A DNA stretch of 64,000 nucleotides from an uncultured Chloroflexia bacterium. GTDB taxonomy: Bacteria > Chloroflexota > Limnocylindria > Limnocylindrales > CSP1-4. The stretch is taken from positions 1,097,523-1,161,522 of the forward strand of contig CAWCIK010000006.1 of the NCBI GenBank assembly GCA_963795645.1, written 5' to 3'. Made by a program: the position numbers and the translations under genes. A model generated the notes under the pieces. The model made no database searches. It was not told the DNA's origin and worked only from the letters and a program-made list of their open reading frames with translations. Position 1 is the first letter of the stretch; each line of letters begins with the position of its first letter. Positions 10,455 to 20,948 of this stretch are shown one piece after another.

Positions 10455-12817
10455 CAGGAGTCGCTCTTGGAGCTTCGCCCGGAGACCGTCGAGATGCCCG
10501 GCGGTGGCGGCGCCTTGATGTCGTACAGCACGGCCAGGATGCGCTCTGGGGACGCGGGCAGGTCGTGCACCCATGCCCCGGTCGCATCGTGGATGGCGGC
10601 CACGACCGCCGCCGCCGGCACATCCATTGGCAGCTCGCCGACCCCCTTCGCACCGTGTGGCGCGCCCGAGAACGGTTCCTCGACCAGGATCGAGGTGATC
10701 CGTGGCGCGTCGAGCGAGGTCGGGATCAGGTACGTTGCCAGCCTGTCGTTGAGGTAGCGGCCGTCGGCAAGCTTGATCTCCTCGATCGTCGCGTAGCCGA
10801 CGCCCTGCAGCGTGCCGCCTTCGACCTGGCCCTCTGCAAGCAGCGGATGAATCGCATGGCCGATGTCGTCGGCGGCGATCACGTCGCGCACGTCCACCTC
10901 GCCCGTGTCGAGATCGACCTCTACCTCGGCCGCGGCCGCGGCCCAGCCATAGGCCGGGTAGGCATCCCCGCGGTAGGTGGCGTCGTCAAAGGTGATGCCC
11001 GGATAGGGTTCGAAGCGTTGGTCGACGCGCAACCCGCCGTGCTCGCGAGCGTACTCGAGATACGACTCTGCAAACGTCTTGCCTGTTGATTTGACGACCG
11101 TGGAGCGAAGCTGTGCCGCGGCCTGGATCACGAGTCCACCAACGACCATCGCCGTTCTCGACGCGACAGTCGGGCCGCTGTCGGGCACGATAGAGGTGTC
11201 CTGCGGCGCCATCTCGATGATCTCGACCGGGACTCCCAGCTGCTCGGCGGCGAGCTGGGGGAAGATCGTCTTGGTGCCCTGGCCCATCTCGGTCGAACCG
11301 GTCAGGATGCGGATCTCGCCGCTGCTGGTCAGCTCGACGCTGGCGACGCTCGCCAGATGGACCTCACCGCTGCCGGTGAACCCGGCTCCGTGCCACGCCA
11401 GCGCGAGACCGATGCCCCTGGCCCGGCGCTCGCGTGTCGAGGTGAGCACGGCCGATCTTTCGCCGCCGCCCTTGCGCGATCGCTGCATTGCCGTCAAGGC
11501 TCGGACGCGTTCGAACTCGGAAGCTTCGGCGGCCCGCTCGAGGACCTCCTCGCCGGCCACGCTCTCCTTGAGCACCTGTCCGCTCGGCGTTTCGTCGCCG
11601 ATGCGATAGACCCACCTTCGGCGCAGCTCCAGCGGCGAGGACCCCAGGGCTTCCGCGATGCGGTTGACCTGCATCTCGGCCGCGAACTCCGTCTGCGGCG
11701 CGCCGAAGCCGCGGAACGCCCCATTTGGCGGGGTGTTGGTGGCCACGGCGCGTCCGCGAATGCGCACGTTGGGGCAGTTGTACGGGCCGCCGGCGTGAAG
11801 GATGCCGCGCGACAGCACGACCGGTGTCAGGGTGCAATAGGCGCCGCCGTCGAATACAACATCGATGTCCTGGGCCACCAGCCGTCCGTCGCGGGTAACG
11901 CCCGTGCGGTGGCGCACGATCGCCGGATGACGCTTGGTCGTCGCAGCGATGTCCTCGTGGCGGTCATAGATCATGCGCACCGGACGACGCAGCCGCTGGG
12001 CGAGCAGCGCGGCGTGCAGGGCGATCATCGACGGGTACTCCTCCTTGCCGCCGAAGCCGCCGCCCGTCTCAGCCTGGATGACGACGGCCTGTTGATCGGT
12101 CAGGCGGAGCGCACGTTTCATGGCCTTGTGGATGTAGTACGGGCATTGCAGGGAGCCGTGAACGGTTATGCCACCGTCCGGCCGCGGCACCGCGATCATC
12201 GCCTGGTTCTCGATGTATAGCTGCTCCTGGTGGCCGACTCGGTACTCGCCTTCGACGACCAGGTCAGCCTCGCCAAAGCCAGCGTCGACGTCGCCCTTGT
12301 CGAGCGCGAAGTGTGAAAACACCTGTGTCGACTCGAGTGGGTCAAAAACGGCTGCCAGTGGCTCCGTCCGCAACGTCACGTGCTGCCTCGCCTCGCGCAA
12401 CGTCTCGCGATCAGGTGCAGCCAGCAGCGCGACGGGCTCGGCATGGTGGCGGATCTCATCCTCGGCAAGCACCGGCTGGTCGTCGGCAATGAGCGATACG
12501 AGGTTGTCGCCCGGAATATCGCTGGCAGTGAGCAAGATCACCTTCGACCAGTCGAAATCAGGGCTCAGCTCGACACCCAGCAAGCGAGCGTGCGGCTCGG
12601 CTGAGCGGATCGTGTGCCCGTACCAGGCGCCGGGAAAGACGAGATCATCGGTGTAAAGGGCCGTGCCGGTCAGCTTGGCCGGGCCTTCCCGGCGCGTGGG
12701 GAAGGCGCGCGCCCGCCCGACGCCAACTTCGCCGGCCGCAGGCGCGCGCAGCGGCGTCGCAGCGTCGGGCACGGCGGTGGATGGCTTCGACCGCGGCGGG
12801 CGCGTCGTAACGGTCAT
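10454..12817 (-). CDS. Xanthine dehydrogenase family, molybdopterin-binding large subunit
   Basis: ~787 aa with 'GGGFGGK', 'AFRGFG.PQ' and 'GQG..T' aldehyde-oxidase/XDH motifs. Start taken at the ATG at 12817. Confidence 0.9.
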
Positions 12818-12921
12818 TGCAGTCGATGGTAACCCGCGATTTCGACACATTCGTGTTTCGCCGCAGTGCTAACTTCGAATGCGCTGTGACCGTTGCAGGG
12901 ACGGTCTCGAGGAGGGCACGT

Positions 12922-13434
12922 ATGAACTGGGCGTTTCTGATCTTCTTGGTGCTTCACGTGGGCGGCGCCATCATCGCCTTCGGACCCACGTTTGCGTTTC
13001 CGATCATCGGCGGGATGGGTGGCAGTGAGCCGATGCATTCGAACTTTGGCCTGAGGCTGACCGAGCGCATCGAGATGCGCCTCGTCCTGCCCCTGGCAGT
13101 GGTCCAGGCGATCACGGGCATCGCACTGATCTGGCTGGCGCCGATAGACGTGACAAAGGCCATCTGGCTCGACGTCGCGATCGTCTTCTACGTGATCGCG
13201 TTGGCGATAGCGTTCGGTAGTCAGGTTCCGGTCATGAAGAAGCTGATCGAGGCGACGAACAACCCGCCACCTCCGCCGCCGGCCGGATCACCTCCTCCGT
13301 CCGGGCCTCCGCCGCACATCGCCCAGCTGATCCGCCGCGTACAGGTGGGCGGCATGACCCAGACCGTCCTGCTCATCCTGATCATCATCCTGATGGTCCT
13401 GGGCACGAACGGAGCACTCGGGCCGAACCTGTAA
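12922..13434 (+). CDS. DUF2269-like integral membrane protein
   Basis: The ATG at 12922 follows GGAGGG. Four predicted TM helices and a Pro-rich loop (PPPPPPAGSPPPSGPPP). Confidence 0.55.
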   Translation: MNWAFLIFLVLHVGGAIIAFGPTFAFPIIGGMGGSEPMHSNFGLRLTERIEMRLVLPLAVVQAITGIALIWLAPIDVTKAIWLDVAIVFYVIALAIAFGSQVPVMKKLIEATNNPPPPPPAGSPPPSGPPPHIAQLIRRVQVGGMTQTVLLILIIILMVLGTNGALGPNL

Positions 13435-13440
13435 CCCGCG

Positions 13441-15033
13441 CTACCGACGCCTGACGATGCGCCCGGGCAAGGCGCCGGTGTGCGCTCCGCCATCAACAAC
13501 CATCACGCCGTTGACGATGACGTGGTCGATCCCGGTCGGGAAACGGCGCGGCTCGTCGTACGTCGCGTTCGACGCGACCGTCGCCGGATCGAAGACGACC
13601 ACATCTGCGGCGTAGCCATCCGCCAGCAGGCCGCGCTCCGAGAGGCCCAAGCGGGCCGCGGGCGCGGACGTCATCTTGCGCACCGCCTCCTCCAGGCCGA
13701 GCAGGTGCCTCTGGCGAACGAACTCGCCCAGCACGCGCGGATACGAGCCGTACGTCCGAGGCGATGGCTTGGCGCCCACGAACGTCGAGTCCGTGCCGAA
13801 CATGCCGATCGGATGGACCACGAAGTGATGAAGCGACTCGTGCCACGGCCCGCTGGTGACCTGGCTGACACCGAGATCCTCTGAGAGCAACAGATCGCAT
13901 ATGGCGTCGACTGCGTCGACGCCACGCTCGCCCATCACATCAGCCAGCGTCCGTGACTCCCAGCGCAGGTTCTCGGGCTGCGTGAAGGCCCCCAGGCGGA
14001 CGTCGGACCAGCCGGCCGGCGACGTATAAGCCGCGCCGCGCGCCCTCAGCTCCGCGCGCAGCCGCTCGCGAGCGGAACGATCCGCAAGGCGCTCCTTGAG
14101 CAGCCGAGGGCCGCCGTCCTGGATCCAGAGGGGCATCTGGATCAGCAGGCGCGTGGCGGCCCACTCATACGGATACGTGTCGAAAGTGACATCCAAGCCC
14201 CGCGCTCGCGCATCGTCGACAAGGCCGAGCAACGCTTCAGGGCCGCCGGGGTGAGTCTGGCGATGGTAGAAGTGGGTGATGTGGACTGGTCCCCCACCGC
14301 GGCGGCCGATCTCAATCGCCTCGCGAATCGGATCGAGAAACCGGTCACCAAGGGCGTACCGAACGTGGGTGTGGTAGAAGCCGCCGCGGCGCGCTGCTGT
14401 CCCGGTCAATGCCGCCAGCTCGTCGGTGGTGGCATACGCACCCGGCGGATAGTCAAGCCCGCTCGACACGCCCAGTGCGCCGGCGCTCATTGCGTCGTCG
14501 AGCAGCTGCCTCATGTCCGCGAGTGCCTTCTCGTCGGCCGCAACCTCGCTCCAGCCCAGGCGCGATATGCGCAGCGCGCTGTTGCCGACCATCAACCCCA
14601 CGTTGACCGCGACGTTGCCGTCCATCCGGGCCATGTACTCGGCGACCGTGTCCCACTCGGCCGACACCCCCTCGGGTCTGCCGTCCAGGCCGGCGTTCAT
14701 GACGATGAGCGCGTCAAGATCGGCGCGTGACGGCAGGGGCGCGTACGAAAGGCCGTCCACGCCGATGATCTCCGTCGTCACCCCCTGGCGCACCTTCGGC
14801 TCGTGACGTGGCTCGGCGAGGATCGTCAGCCCCGAGTGGGAGTGCAGATCGATGAAGCCGGGCGCAAGCACGCGATCTGTGGCGTCGATCACCCGTCGGG
14901 CCTCGAGATCATGACTGCCCCGGACGACGCGCAAGCGGCCGCCGTCGATGGCCACGTCCGCCGCGTAGCCCGCTGTGCCGCTGCCATCAACAACCGTTCC
15001 GCCGCTGATGAGCAGATCAACCTGTTGCGCCAT
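13441..15033 (-). CDS. N-acyl-D-amino-acid deacylase (D-aminoacylase) family amidohydrolase
   Basis: 'LISGGTVVDGSG', 'APGFIDLHSHS', 'GVTTEI.G.DG.S' and a C-terminal 'ADVVVFDP' amidohydrolase-3 pattern. Confidence 0.85.
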   Translation of the reverse strand: MAQQVDLLISGGTVVDGSGTAGYAADVAIDGGRLRVVRGSHDLEARRVIDATDRVLAPGFIDLHSHSGLTILAEPRHEPKVRQGVTTEIIGVDGLSYAPLPSRADLDALIVMNAGLDGRPEGVSAEWDTVAEYMARMDGNVAVNVGLMVGNSALRISRLGWSEVAADEKALADMRQLLDDAMSAGALGVSSGLDYPPGAYATTDELAALTGTAARRGGFYHTHVRYALGDRFLDPIREAIEIGRRGGGPVHITHFYHRQTHPGGPEALLGLVDDARARGLDVTFDTYPYEWAATRLLIQMPLWIQDGGPRLLKERLADRSARERLRAELRARGAAYTSPAGWSDVRLGAFTQPENLRWESRTLADVMGERGVDAVDAICDLLLSEDLGVSQVTSGPWHESLHHFVVHPIGMFGTDSTFVGAKPSPRTYGSYPRVLGEFVRQRHLLGLEEAVRKMTSAPAARLGLSERGLLADGYAADVVVFDPATVASNATYDEPRRFPTGIDHVIVNGVMVVDGGAHTGALPGRIVRRR

Positions 15034-15076
15034 TCCGGCCAAGCCTAGCGACCGCAGTTCCGCCGCAGCCTCACCA

Positions 15077-15784
15077 TCAAAGCTCGGCGACGGAGCGCAC
15101 GATTCGGTCCGGGATGACGGTTGAGCCGGCCGGCAGGCCCCTGTCGTAGCGGTCGATCCAGATGCCGAAGATGCCCACCGCCTGCGGCCCCGCTACGTCC
15201 CAAGCCAGGTTGTCGCCGATCATCCATGCGTCGCTCGCGGCTACGCCCAGTCGACCGAGCGCCTCGCTGAACACGGCAGGGTCCGGCTTGCCGCGGCCGA
15301 GCTCGCCTTCGATGAGGACGTGGTCGAAATACCGGCGAAGGTCGAAATGCTCGATCTTGGCGCGTTGCGCGGCCGCGCTGCCGTTGGTGACCAGCGCCAT
15401 CCTGGCGCCGGTGCCACGGACTCGCTCAAGCGTCGTGATCGCGCCAGGCAGGAGCTTCTGGGCGGCATCACGCTTGTCCCAAAATGGCCCCGCAATTGAC
15501 GCCGCGAGCTCCGGATCCGATCTCCCATACGTCGACCGAACGGCCTGTTCGACTATCCATTGGGTCGAGGCGCGCAGATCCTGACGCCCTTGGCGATGGC
15601 GCTCGGGATCGCTCCAGTACCAGGCCCGCACTCGATCTATCTCCGCGAGGAGCTGCTCGCCTCGATCGTGCCCGCCATCACGAGTCGCGCCGAAGGTCAC
15701 TTCGCGCCACAACCGGACGGTTTCACCGCTGTCGTCGATCAGGGTGTCATCAAGATCGAACAGGATCGCTCGCGGCTGGCTCAA
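15077..15784 (-). CDS. HAD family hydrolase (subfamily IA-like)
   Basis: 'ILFDLDDTL' motif I, 'VTNG' motif II and 'GDN...D' motif IV. TTG start. Confidence 0.85.
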   Translation of the reverse strand: MSQPRAILFDLDDTLIDDSGETVRLWREVTFGATRDGGHDRGEQLLAEIDRVRAWYWSDPERHRQGRQDLRASTQWIVEQAVRSTYGRSDPELAASIAGPFWDKRDAAQKLLPGAITTLERVRGTGARMALVTNGSAAAQRAKIEHFDLRRYFDHVLIEGELGRGKPDPAVFSEALGRLGVAASDAWMIGDNLAWDVAGPQAVGIFGIWIDRYDRGLPAGSTVIPDRIVRSVAEL

Positions 15785-15882
15785 CTCACTCGAAGATTAG
15801 CCGCGCAACCTACAATCCCGGTCCATTCGTCAGGCCGCCAGCCGGTCACCCTGCGCGAGTGCAGGTTCTTCTCGAGGTACAC

Positions 15883-16617
15883 ATGCTTTCGTTGCGCGAC
15901 GCCTCCAGATTGCTCGCGCCGCCGGCCCTGGCGTGCGCTCTCGTCGTCGGCTGTGGATCGGCAGCCGTCAGCTCGCCGTCGCCGTCAGCTTCGGTCGGTG
16001 CTACTCCCGTGGCCGGAACCCAGACACCCGAGACGACTCCGGCAGCGCCATCCGATGCTCCGCCGACGACAGGTCCGACGACCAGTGCAACCGCTCGCCC
16101 ATCCGTCGAGCCGTCGCCGAAGGCGATCCGGACGCCAATTCCGGGCAGCAGCCTTGATCCGTCGCTGAGCGAGGCCGGTGTCGCGGGACGCCTGACGATT
16201 CCTGACGACTCGCGCAACGGCTGGAGCGGTACGCACGAGATCCTCGGCCTGGCAGAGGACGGCAGCGACTGCGACTTCTCGTTCGACGGTAACGAGTTCA
16301 CAGCAGTCGCGTGGTACGACTCCGCGCCCGATGGGATGCTCCACCAGATGTCCGTGACGATCGGCACGGACTACGTCCCGGCCAACGATGGCGAGCAGCG
16401 AATGGGCATCAACGATGGCAGCATCTACGCCGATTTCGTGAGCGAGAGCGGCTTCGGGACGGCCTATGTCGGGGCAACCAGCAAAGGCGACGGAAGCAGC
16501 TCGTCCATCGACGCAACGCTGAAGGGCGACACGCTCGTGTTCAGCTTCACCGGCACGACCTGGGATGGGATCGAGTTCTCGGGCCAGATGATGTGCTCCG
16601 GAATGGGTGGCGAATAA
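15883..16617 (+). CDS. Lipoprotein of unknown function
   Basis: The ATG at 15883 gives a signal peptide with lipobox 'LVVGC|GS', followed by a Ser/Pro/Thr-rich linker. The track ORF from 15484 is an extension. Confidence 0.6.
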   Translation: MLSLRDASRLLAPPALACALVVGCGSAAVSSPSPSASVGATPVAGTQTPETTPAAPSDAPPTTGPTTSATARPSVEPSPKAIRTPIPGSSLDPSLSEAGVAGRLTIPDDSRNGWSGTHEILGLAEDGSDCDFSFDGNEFTAVAWYDSAPDGMLHQMSVTIGTDYVPANDGEQRMGINDGSIYADFVSESGFGTAYVGATSKGDGSSSSIDATLKGDTLVFSFTGTTWDGIEFSGQMMCSGMGGE

Positions 16618-16630
16618 CCCGACGAAACTC

Positions 16631-17953
16631 TCACGCGGGCAGACGGCGGCCTCTGACCCAGGCGCCACGGACCATGTTCGATCGCGTGCGATAGATCAGC
16701 CGACTCGCGATCTCGTGCGGGTCATCCATGCTGTCGCCCGCGACCGGAGTCGTTTGAGCGGCGTCGACAAGGATGAAGTCTGCCTCCTTGCCGCTCTCGA
16801 CCGAGCCGACACGGTCGTCGATGCCCAGGGCGCGCGCACCATCCAGCGAACCCATCCGCAGCCAGTCGAAGGGCATGTTCGGGGGCTCAGGGTCGCGCAG
16901 GATCGTGCGCCGGGCGCTCTGCGTGTATGAGCCCGCGCGCATCTCACCGAAGATGCTGACGTCTGGGCCTGCGGAGACGTCGCTGCCCAGACCCACGACT
17001 ATGCCCGCCGCCAAATAGCGCGCTAGTGGCATGGCGCCGCTCGACAGGAACAGGTTTGACGAAGGGCAGTGCGCGACGCGCGTGCCGCTATCGGCGAGAC
17101 GCAGCACCTCGCGTTCGCTCAGGTGCACAGCGTGAGCCAGGATCGAGCGCTCGCCCAGGGCGCCGGCGCGATCGTAGACGTCGGTGTAGTCGATTGCCTG
17201 CGGGAACAGTCGAGCGACCTCTTCGACCTCGTCACGATCCTCGGCGAGGTGCGTTTGCCAGTAGGCGCCGGTCGCTCGGGCGAGGTCTGCAGATTGGCGC
17301 AGCATCTCGGCGGAGCAGCTGACGGCGAAGCGTGGGGTAACCGCATAGCTGAGTCGGCCGTCGTCGACGCCGTGCCAGCGCTCGATCAGCCGTTGCGACT
17401 GCGCCAGGCTGTGATCGAGCACGTCGCTGTCGGCGAGCTCTTCGTCGTAGCGCAGGTCATCCATCATCACCTTGCCCAGGACGAGCCGGATGCCGTGCTT
17501 CTCCGCGGCAGCGAATGCGGCATCGGTGCTGTCCTCGAAGACTGCGCCATAGACGAGTGCGGTCGTGGTGCCCGCCGCGGCCAGCGCGCGGTAGAAGATC
17601 GGCGCCAGGCGCCGGGCATTGTCGGCACGGAACTCCCGCTCGAGCGGAAAGACGTAGCGCTGCAGCCAGCTCAGCAGATCCATGCCGGCGCCCAGGCCGG
17701 CGCTGGGCCACTGCGGCAGATGGGCGTGCAGATCGATCAGCCCGGGCATGGCGATGAGCGGCCTGACGTCGATGGCGCCGTCGGACGGCGCCGCGTCCGG
17801 CCATGGCGTCACACGGCCCAGCCGCCCGGCCGCGTCGATCTCGATCAACGCGTCGCTGAGGAAGCTCGTCTGTCCATCGTGGAGCGGCGTCAGCAGCCGG
17901 GCACGAAGCGTGAACGGGGGCGTGTCGAGCGCTGTGCTCAGCGGTTCATTCAC
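16631..17953 (-). CDS. guaD: Guanine deaminase
   Basis: 'PGLIDLHAH.PQ', 'LL.WL..Y.FP.E' and 'HLAE...E' metallo-amidohydrolase pattern typical of guanine deaminase. GTG start. Confidence 0.8.
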   Translation of the reverse strand: MNEPLSTALDTPPFTLRARLLTPLHDGQTSFLSDALIEIDAAGRLGRVTPWPDAAPSDGAIDVRPLIAMPGLIDLHAHLPQWPSAGLGAGMDLLSWLQRYVFPLEREFRADNARRLAPIFYRALAAAGTTTALVYGAVFEDSTDAAFAAAEKHGIRLVLGKVMMDDLRYDEELADSDVLDHSLAQSQRLIERWHGVDDGRLSYAVTPRFAVSCSAEMLRQSADLARATGAYWQTHLAEDRDEVEEVARLFPQAIDYTDVYDRAGALGERSILAHAVHLSEREVLRLADSGTRVAHCPSSNLFLSSGAMPLARYLAAGIVVGLGSDVSAGPDVSIFGEMRAGSYTQSARRTILRDPEPPNMPFDWLRMGSLDGARALGIDDRVGSVESGKEADFILVDAAQTTPVAGDSMDDPHEIASRLIYRTRSNMVRGAWVRGRRLPA

Positions 17954-18009
17954 GGCAGCGATGTTACGAGGGCGTCCATGGCTCGGCTCGGCGGGTATCC
18001 TCGGGAGCC

Positions 18010-18255
18010 ATGCCGGAGGTCCAGGTCACCCAGGATCCAATCGCGGTCATCGTCATCGTCGCAGTGATGGGAATGCTCGTCGTCGTGTCGATCGCGTTTT
18101 CGATCTGGGCCGCACGCGTTCCACAGGCTCCTGAGCTCAGCGAGGGGCGCGCCCAACCGGATCAACCCGTGCCGTCAGCTTCAACGGCCGGCACTGACCA
18201 GACCAGCGACCCGCCGGACATACCCAGGTCTATGCTGCTCGACGAGAGCGACTGA
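18010..18255 (+). CDS. Small single-pass membrane protein (hypothetical)
   Basis: One TM helix (IAVIVIVAVMGMLVVVSIAFSIWAA). Third-position GC is high. Overlaps the 3' end of the convergent oxidoreductase gene by 26 nt. Confidence 0.4.
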   Translation: MPEVQVTQDPIAVIVIVAVMGMLVVVSIAFSIWAARVPQAPELSEGRAQPDQPVPSASTAGTDQTSDPPDIPRSMLLDESD

Positions 18256-19348
18256 CACGCGACGCGGACAGCTCCGCGGGCGCCGATCCACGACCCAGCA
18301 TCTCGTCCACGACCAGACGACTTGAGGCTGGTCCGGTCGAGATGCCCCACGGTCCATGCCCAGAGCAGACGTACAGTCCGGCGATCTCTTCCACGGCACC
18401 GATGATTGGCAGGCCGTCGAACGATGCCGGCCGGGCGCACGCCCTCAGACCTGTCTGCGGCGCACCGGCAAGCGCGGGCACGTAGCGCGCGCCGCGCGCG
18501 AGTATCCCGGCAGCCGTCGTGTTCGGATCCGGGTGCTCGGCAAGGAACGTGGAGCCGACGCTCGTGTCGGCACCCACCGTGACCAGGCTGAAGAGCTCGT
18601 CCGCCCTGGGCCCGGGCCGGTCTATGCCGAGCTCCTCGAGAACGGCGCGTGGCGACTGTTCCAGCGCAGCCGTGACCACGACACCCCACAGCGGAGTGAT
18701 GGGCGGCGCCTCTGACCAGCCCGGAATGAGCTGCGCCGTCCAAGGTCCAGCCGCCACCAGCACCCGGTTCGCAGCGATCGGGCGACCAGATGCCAACCGG
18801 ACCCCAATCACCTTGTCCGCACCGAGCTCCAGCCTTAAATCCTCGCCGATGTGCACCGCCACACCTGCCCGCCGCGCTCGCTGAGCGAACGCCTCTGTTG
18901 CGGCGGCGGGCGCCACGGGATAGCCGGTCTCGAGCCGGCACGCGACCAGGTCTGGCGCGAGCGCGGGCTCGAGATGATGGAGCTGCTCGCGGTCGAGAAC
19001 CTCGGGCCGCAGCTCCGGAGAATGGGCGGCGATCAACACGGCCGCGTCCGCGACTGCGTCCGTGTCGGAGCTGAGCAGGAGCAGGCCGCGCGGCTCCGCC
19101 TGGAGCTGGAACTCACCGTCTTGCGCCAGCTCGCGATAGATGGCGATCGTCTCGTGGTGCAGCGCGGCCAAGTGGGCGTCGAACGGATGCTGGATGGCGC
19201 CCGAGTTGCGGCCTGACGCTGCGGCGGCGATGTGGTCGCGCTCGAACAGGGCGACGCTCAGGCCTCGTTCGGCCAGGAAAGCGGCCGCCGAGACACCGAC
19301 GATGCCGCCCCCGATGACGGCCACGTCGAAAGTGTCGGGCACCATCAC
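18230..19348 (-). CDS. FAD-dependent oxidoreductase (DAO/glycine oxidase-like)
   Basis: N-terminal 'DVAVIGGGIVGVSAA..LAERG' Rossmann motif plus 'SGRNSG'. Confidence 0.85.
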   Translation of the reverse strand: MMVPDTFDVAVIGGGIVGVSAAAFLAERGLSVALFERDHIAAAASGRNSGAIQHPFDAHLAALHHETIAIYRELAQDGEFQLQAEPRGLLLLSSDTDAVADAAVLIAAHSPELRPEVLDREQLHHLEPALAPDLVACRLETGYPVAPAAATEAFAQRARRAGVAVHIGEDLRLELGADKVIGVRLASGRPIAANRVLVAAGPWTAQLIPGWSEAPPITPLWGVVVTAALEQSPRAVLEELGIDRPGPRADELFSLVTVGADTSVGSTFLAEHPDPNTTAAGILARGARYVPALAGAPQTGLRACARPASFDGLPIIGAVEEIAGLYVCSGHGPWGISTGPASSRLVVDEMLGRGSAPAELSASRVSRSRRAA

Positions 19349-19410
19349 ACCTCGCAGATCGTGCAGGTAGACTCGCCGCCTGCTGCGGACGGGGGAGAAG
19401 GAGTCATCGT

Positions 19411-20082
19411 ATGGACGTCCTCGACAGGCTCGATCAGATGATCGACGATCGGCACCTGCTCAAGCACCCGTTCTACACCATGTGGGCCGAAGGATCGCTG
19501 CCTTTCGAGGCGCTCCAGGAGTACGCGCGCCAGTACTACGTCTTCGAGTCGGCCATGCCGCGCTATCTGTCTGCGTTGCACTCGCGAACAGCTGATCGCG
19601 CAGTGCGTCAGCAGATTCTCGACAACCTTTGGGACGAAGAGCACGGCAAGGACAACCACGCTGAGCTGTGGCTGCGCTTCGCCGAGGGAATCGGCGTGTC
19701 ACGAGAAGACGTCCAGACCGCTACGCCGAATGAAGCCACACAGGCGCTCGCAGACACGTACGCGGAAATCACACGCGAGACCCCGGTCGCGGCCGGGGTC
19801 GCCGCGCTCTACGCGTACGAGCGGCAGGTGCCGCAGGTCGCGGAATCGAAGATCGATGGCCTGGAGCGCCACTACGGGATAAGCGACGCCCGAACGCTGA
19901 CATTCTTCAAGGTCCACGGTGCGCTCGACATCGAGCATTCCGGCGCGGAGCGCGAGATGCTCGCCACGCTCGCTGAGACCACTCCCGACGGGCCGATCGA
20001 AGAGGCGGCGCGGCGTGCTCTCGACGCCTGGTGGAATTTCCTGAGTGCAGTGGACCAGCCGGCACAGGTCGCCACCGCCTGA
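19411..20082 (+). CDS. CADD/PqqC-like haem-oxygenase-fold (di-iron) protein
   Basis: 'HPFY..W..G.L', 'YARQYY' and 'ILDNLWDEEHG..NHAELW.RFAEG.G' motifs. Confidence 0.8.
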   Translation: MDVLDRLDQMIDDRHLLKHPFYTMWAEGSLPFEALQEYARQYYVFESAMPRYLSALHSRTADRAVRQQILDNLWDEEHGKDNHAELWLRFAEGIGVSREDVQTATPNEATQALADTYAEITRETPVAAGVAALYAYERQVPQVAESKIDGLERHYGISDARTLTFFKVHGALDIEHSGAEREMLATLAETTPDGPIEEAARRALDAWWNFLSAVDQPAQVATA

Positions 20083-20285
20083 TCTTTCGCCATCTGGCGC
20101 CTAGCCCCAATGGAAAACCTGCCCGGGCGGCAGGGTTAGGTGGTGGACGACGGGCGGACGGGTCTTCTGAGCCATTGCTGACTCCGGCTGGGGCGCTGCC
20201 AAGGCCCGCCGTCCACTGCACGGAATGATCGCCCATGAGTCAAGCCCCGACCGTGGAACGGGTGCGCCACCGGCCCTAAGTGACC

Positions 20286-20948
20286 TTATGTTCCCTGGCG
20301 ATACCGTTGGGCGGCCTCGGCGCGGTTGCGGACCCCGAGCTTGTGCAGAATGTTGCTGACGTGCGTCTCGACCGTGCGCGGGGAGATGGTCAAGGCGTTG
20401 GCGATCTCGCGATCCGTGAGGCCGTCTGCAAGCATCGCCAGGACGTCGTTCTCGCGCGGCGAGAGGCCCATCAGCTCGCCCTCTGCCCCTGAAACGGTCC
20501 GCCCGCGCCGGGCCGCGTCCGCGAAGTAACGCAGTGCGCGGGCGGCAAATCGGCGCGACATGGCCAGCTCGCCGCGCTGCGTGCCGCGGAGCGAACGCAG
20601 CAGCGCCTCCGGGCTCAGGTCCTTGGTCAGATAGCCGGCCGCACCGCGAGCGACTGCTTCGAGCAGGTCGCGCTCCGATCCGGAAACAGTCAGCATCACG
20701 ATCTTCGTGTTCGGCAGCCGCGGGCCAAGCTCCTGGACCAGCTGGAGCCCGTTCATCCCGGGCAGGTCGATGTCGAGCAGCAGCACATCCGGCCTCAGCA
20801 CGGGGGCGAGCGCCATGGCTTCCTGGGCGTTGGCGGCCTCGCCGACGAGCTCCACGTCGGGTGCCTGGATCGCTTGACGCACAGCCGATCTGACCAACGC
20901 ATGATCATCGACCAACATCACCCGCAGCTTGCCGTCAAGTTCGCTCAT
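20286..20948 (-). CDS. NarL/FixJ-family response regulator (REC + LuxR HTH)
   Basis: 'RVMLVDDH', phospho-acceptor 'LLLDIDLPGMNG', and a C-terminal 'LSPRE..VL.....G.T..EIA..L.IS..TV..H..NI..KLG'. Confidence 0.92.
   Translation of the reverse strand: MSELDGKLRVMLVDDHALVRSAVRQAIQAPDVELVGEAANAQEAMALAPVLRPDVLLLDIDLPGMNGLQLVQELGPRLPNTKIVMLTVSGSERDLLEAVARGAAGYLTKDLSPEALLRSLRGTQRGELAMSRRFAARALRYFADAARRGRTVSGAEGELMGLSPRENDVLAMLADGLTDREIANALTISPRTVETHVSNILHKLGVRNRAEAAQRYRQGT

Noticed and set aside
13258-13317. Poly-proline coding tract (PPPPPPAGSPPPSGPPP) in the DUF2269-like gene
   Set aside because: It is a low-complexity loop between TM helices. There is no evidence for a repeat-expansion or slippage function.
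15484-15882. N-terminal extension of the lipoprotein ORF
   Set aside because: It runs antisense to the HAD hydrolase gene. The signal peptide and lipobox begin at the ATG at 15883.
17069-18067. 332-aa plus-strand ORF
   Set aside because: It runs antisense to guanine deaminase. No motifs and a shadow-frame composition.
20083-20285. 203-nt convergent spacer checked for tRNA/sRNA/terminators
   Set aside because: I found only a weak CCTGCC/GGCAGG hairpin (20118-20134) with no U-tract. There is no tRNA-like T-arm or other recognisable RNA motif.
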